Origin: Octopus sinensis
Taxonomy: Eukaryota
Reading direction: 5' to 3'
NCBI RefSeq assembly: GCF_006345805.1
Contig: NW_021828423.1
Location: 1 to 9,318 of the forward strand
DNA length: 9,318 bases
Part shown: positions 8,047 to 9,318 of the stretch, piece after piece
Layout of the letters: each line of letters starts with the position of its first letter
Numbering within the stretch: position 1 is the stretch's first letter
The notes under the pieces: model-generated
What the model saw: only the letters and a program-made list of their open reading frames with translations
What the model was told of the DNA's origin: nothing
Database searches by the model: none
Translations under genes and position numbers: made by a program

Positions 8047-8165
8047 GAGTAAACATTATCTGAGAGAAATTTTCTTTAAGTAGTAGAAATGGTAAGAAAA
8101 ATTTTTTTGGCTGCTATTTCTACTAAGTTCAGTATGTGGCAAAGTAATTTATTTTACTAAGCCCT
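8047..8165 (-). repeat. Right arm of the ~120-bp long-range inverted repeat (candidate TIR)
   Basis: ...GGCAAAGTAATTTATTTTACTAAGCCCT is the reverse complement of 5191-5218. Homology extends to GAGT at 8047-8050. Confidence 0.85.
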
Positions 8166-8189
8166 AATTATATATATATATATATATAT

Positions 8190-8226
8190 ACATACATATA
8201 CATACACACTCACTAAACATATATAT

Positions 8227-8268
<42 letters not shown>

Positions 8269-8397
8269 CATACACGCTCACTAAATATATATATATATAT
8301 ATATATATACATACACACTCACTAAATACATATATATATATATACATACACACTCACTAAATATATATATATATATATATACATACGCACTCACTAA

Positions 8398-8428
<31 letters not shown>

Positions 8429-8500
8429 CATACACACCCACTAAATATATATATAGATATATATATATATATACATACACACTCACTAAATATGTATATA
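8190..8500. repeat. Minisatellite: CATACACACTCACTAAA motif x7 separated by variable (TA)n
   Basis: CACTAAA at 8211, 8279, 8320, 8355, 8392, 8439 and 8484. Confidence 0.9.
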
Positions 8501-8590
8501 TATATATCTATATATATATATATATACACAAATATGTCTATCCGTATGTACATTTGTATGAATATATAAGTTCCTCTGTATATATACATA

Positions 8591-8969
8591 TACTCTTTTA
8601 CTCTTTTACTTGTTTCAGTCATTTGACTGCGGCCATGCTGGAGCACCGCCTTTAGTCGAGCAAATCGACCCCAGGACTTATTCTTTATAAGCCCAGTACT
8701 CATTCTATCTGTCTCTTTTGCCGAACTGCTAGGTGACGGGGACGTAAACACACCAGCATCGGTTGTCAAGCAATGCTAGGGGGACAAACACAGGCACACA
8801 CACACACATACATATATATATACATATATACGACAGGCTTCTTTCAGTTTCCACTCACAAGGCATTGGTCGGCTCGGGGCATTGGTCAGCCCAAGATGCC
8901 ATGCAGTGGGACTGAACCCGGAACCATGTGGTTGATTAGCAAGCTACTTACCACACAGCCACTCCTGTG
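8591..8969 (-). mobile_element. Near full-length SINE copy G, with a rearranged central domain
   Basis: Tail TACTCTTTTACTCTTTTACTTG at 8591, internal (CA)n(TA)n, and a head with GGGACTGAACC and CCACACAGCCA. Has a 13-nt deletion and a local GGCATTGGTC duplication. Confidence 0.85.
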
Positions 8970-8974
8970 TGTAC

Positions 8975-8982
8975 ATTTATGT

Positions 8983-9023
<41 letters not shown>

Positions 9024-9107
9024 CAGGAAGTATAAATGTATGTATATGTAATATATATGTTTGCATGTATATATCCATGTGTGTATGTGTGAGTATGTAT
9101 ATATGTG

Positions 9108-9176
<69 letters not shown>

Positions 9177-9286
9177 GTGTATATATATAGCATACATGGA
9201 TATATACATATAAATGTATACATGTATTTATTATATATTCATGTGTATATATGCATTGAAATATATATATATATATATATATATAT
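8975..9286. repeat. (TA)n-rich microsatellite
   Basis: Long pure (TA)n at about 9115-9170 with degenerate flanks. Confidence 0.95.
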
Positions 9287-9318
9287 TGGCACATAAAAAC
9301 ACCATCCGAAGACCCGGC
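9287..9318. mobile_element. Possible start of another interspersed repeat, cut by the window edge
   Basis: TGGCACATAAAAACACCATCCG resembles the GGCACGTAAAAAGCACC motif I recall from another mollusc/octopus SINE family. Only 32 nt are visible. Confidence 0.3.

Noticed and set aside
5192-8164. Autonomous transposase gene between the long inverted repeats
   Set aside because: No DDE-like or Myb/SANT-like motif is recognisable in the unique interior segments, and most of the interior is simple repeat.

Overview
Eukaryotic, very AT-rich, repeat-dominated DNA with no recognisable protein-coding gene. The SINE family matches my recollection of abundant octopus/coleoid cephalopod repeats (an inference, not a database result). 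In order, the window holds: (1) 161-2236, three non-autonomous Helitrons joined head-to-tail (5' TC, 3' GC hairpin + CTAG, A|T host target); (2) 2399-3785, a minus-strand cluster of a tRNA-derived SINE made of one 5'-truncated copy, one full copy and three extra tandem head domains; (3) 4012-4766, a long TA/TG microsatellite; (4) 4787-4957, a small foldback (MITE-like) element; (5) 5191-8165, a ~3 kb interval bounded by ~120 bp inverted repeats, containing a short GC-richer open-frame island, a SINE tail with inverted termini and several microsatellite-derived minisatellites; (6) 8591-8969, another SINE copy, followed by more microsatellite. Roughly 40% of the window is simple-sequence repeat, and almost all ORFs in the supplied track are microsatellite or SINE artefacts. 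The most interesting signals are the head-to-tail Helitron array, the long inverted repeats enclosing ~3 kb, the tandem SINE heads and the SINE tail with inverted ends. I see no strong evidence for a wholly new gene system.
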